Origin: Promethearchaeota archaeon
GTDB lineage: Archaea; Asgardarchaeota; Lokiarchaeia; Sigyniarchaeales; SOKP01
Direction of reading: 5' to 3'
NCBI GenBank assembly: GCA_011364925.1
Contig: RDOA01000034.1
Coordinates: forward strand, 1-38,575
DNA length: 38,575 nt
The notes below the pieces were generated by a model. That model saw only the letters and a program-made list of their open reading frames with translations. It searched no databases and was not told where the DNA came from. Numbering within the stretch: position 1 is the first letter of the stretch; the number at the start of each line of letters is the position of its first letter. Position numbers and translations under genes: made by a program. Shown piece by piece: positions 38,030-38,575 of the stretch.

Positions 38030-38063
38030 CTTTCATGGAAGTTTGAGACTTTCATGAAGGTTT
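38030..38063. promoter_or_regulatory. Tandem imperfect repeat with a TTCATG(G/A)A near-palindromic core; possible operator
   Basis: CTTTCATGGAAGTTT (38030-38044) and CTTTCATGAAGGTTT (38049-38063), upstream of a wHTH gene. Confidence 0.4.
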
Positions 38064-38134
38064 CATTATAATAACTTTAAATAAAAGTGTTACCTATTTT
38101 CTTTTAGAGTATACGAAATCTCACAAGAAAGCAC

Positions 38135-38575
38135 ATGTCATCTTTTAACTATCCTCCTCCACAAATTATAGAGGATTCCTTTGGAAAAAAAAATTATGAG
38201 CAGATAATTTTATGGACGTTATACAACAACGAACAATGTGAGTGGGCAGTGTTTCTTCAAGAACCACTTGAAATACCAATGTCTACATTATCGCGACACT
38301 TAAATCAGCTACAAAGTGAAGGTCACATTATTAAGATATCGAAGGGACTCTATGAAATAACTCCAGAAGGTCGTAGAAGATTTCATAACTTATCTACAAC
38401 GAAAGAAAGGAAAAGAAAGATAAATTACCCTCCAGATATTATTCTAAAAAAGCGAAATTATACCCATTGGATATTGTGGATGGTTTATAATAACACATTT
38501 TGTAAATGGGTTGACTTTTTAAGTGAACCTCTCTCAATTAATCAATCTTCTTTATCGAAAGCAATAAATCAACTG
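38135..38575 (+). CDS. Tandem winged-helix repeat protein, N-terminal part; runs off the window
   Basis: Manual translation MSSFNYPPPQII...NYEQIILWTLYNN..C.W..FL.EPL.I..STLSRHLNQL...G...YEITPEG, then the unit repeats (NYPPDII...NYTHWILWMVYNN..C.W..FL.EPL.I..SSLS). Open to the edge. Confidence 0.8.
   Translation, partial: MSSFNYPPPQIIEDSFGKKNYEQIILWTLYNNEQCEWAVFLQEPLEIPMSTLSRHLNQLQSEGHIIKISKGLYEITPEGRRRFHNLSTTKERKRKINYPPDIILKKRNYTHWILWMVYNNTFCKWVDFLSEPLSINQSSLSKAINQL

Noticed and set aside
1-38575. Selenocysteine readthrough, tRNA, rRNA or CRISPR array
   Set aside because: The TGA-ending genes checked end at natural-looking C-termini, and no cloverleaf, GC-rich structural RNA or repeat-spacer pattern was seen by eye.

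Overview
AT-rich prokaryotic window with no rRNA, tRNA, CRISPR array or recognisable mobile element. The gene content (GPH-type MFS transporters, zinc-ribbon tails, a tandem winged-helix 'NYPP' protein, a Giardia-like OTC) suggests an Asgard/Lokiarchaeia-like archaeon; this is inference. Left to right it holds: (1) an MFS fragment and a divergent Thr-type sulfatase-like hydrolase; (2) a membrane-anchored metacaspase with a CUB domain inserted between its catalytic His and Cys; (3) three tandem CapA-family membrane metallophosphoesterases, plus the remnant of a fourth and a duplicated promoter; (4) a citrate/TCA cluster (sucCD, an IT-superfamily transporter, heteromeric ATP-citrate lyase aclBA, icd); (5) an accessory stretch of hydrolases and membrane proteins, including a trehalase::nucleotidyltransferase chimera; (6) a putative arginine/ornithine catabolic locus; (7) a partial wHTH-repeat gene. 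The catabolic locus is the strongest candidate for an undescribed system. It comprises a divergent arginine-synthetase (ArcE/cDPGS-like) P-loop ligase, a W/Mo aldehyde:ferredoxin oxidoreductase, a fused Fe-S flavoprotein with a DAO-family partner, and a eukaryote-like OTC. A diverged copy of the arcE 3' end lies just upstream of aor, suggesting the two genes were once adjacent. All family assignments come from motif recognition, not database searches.
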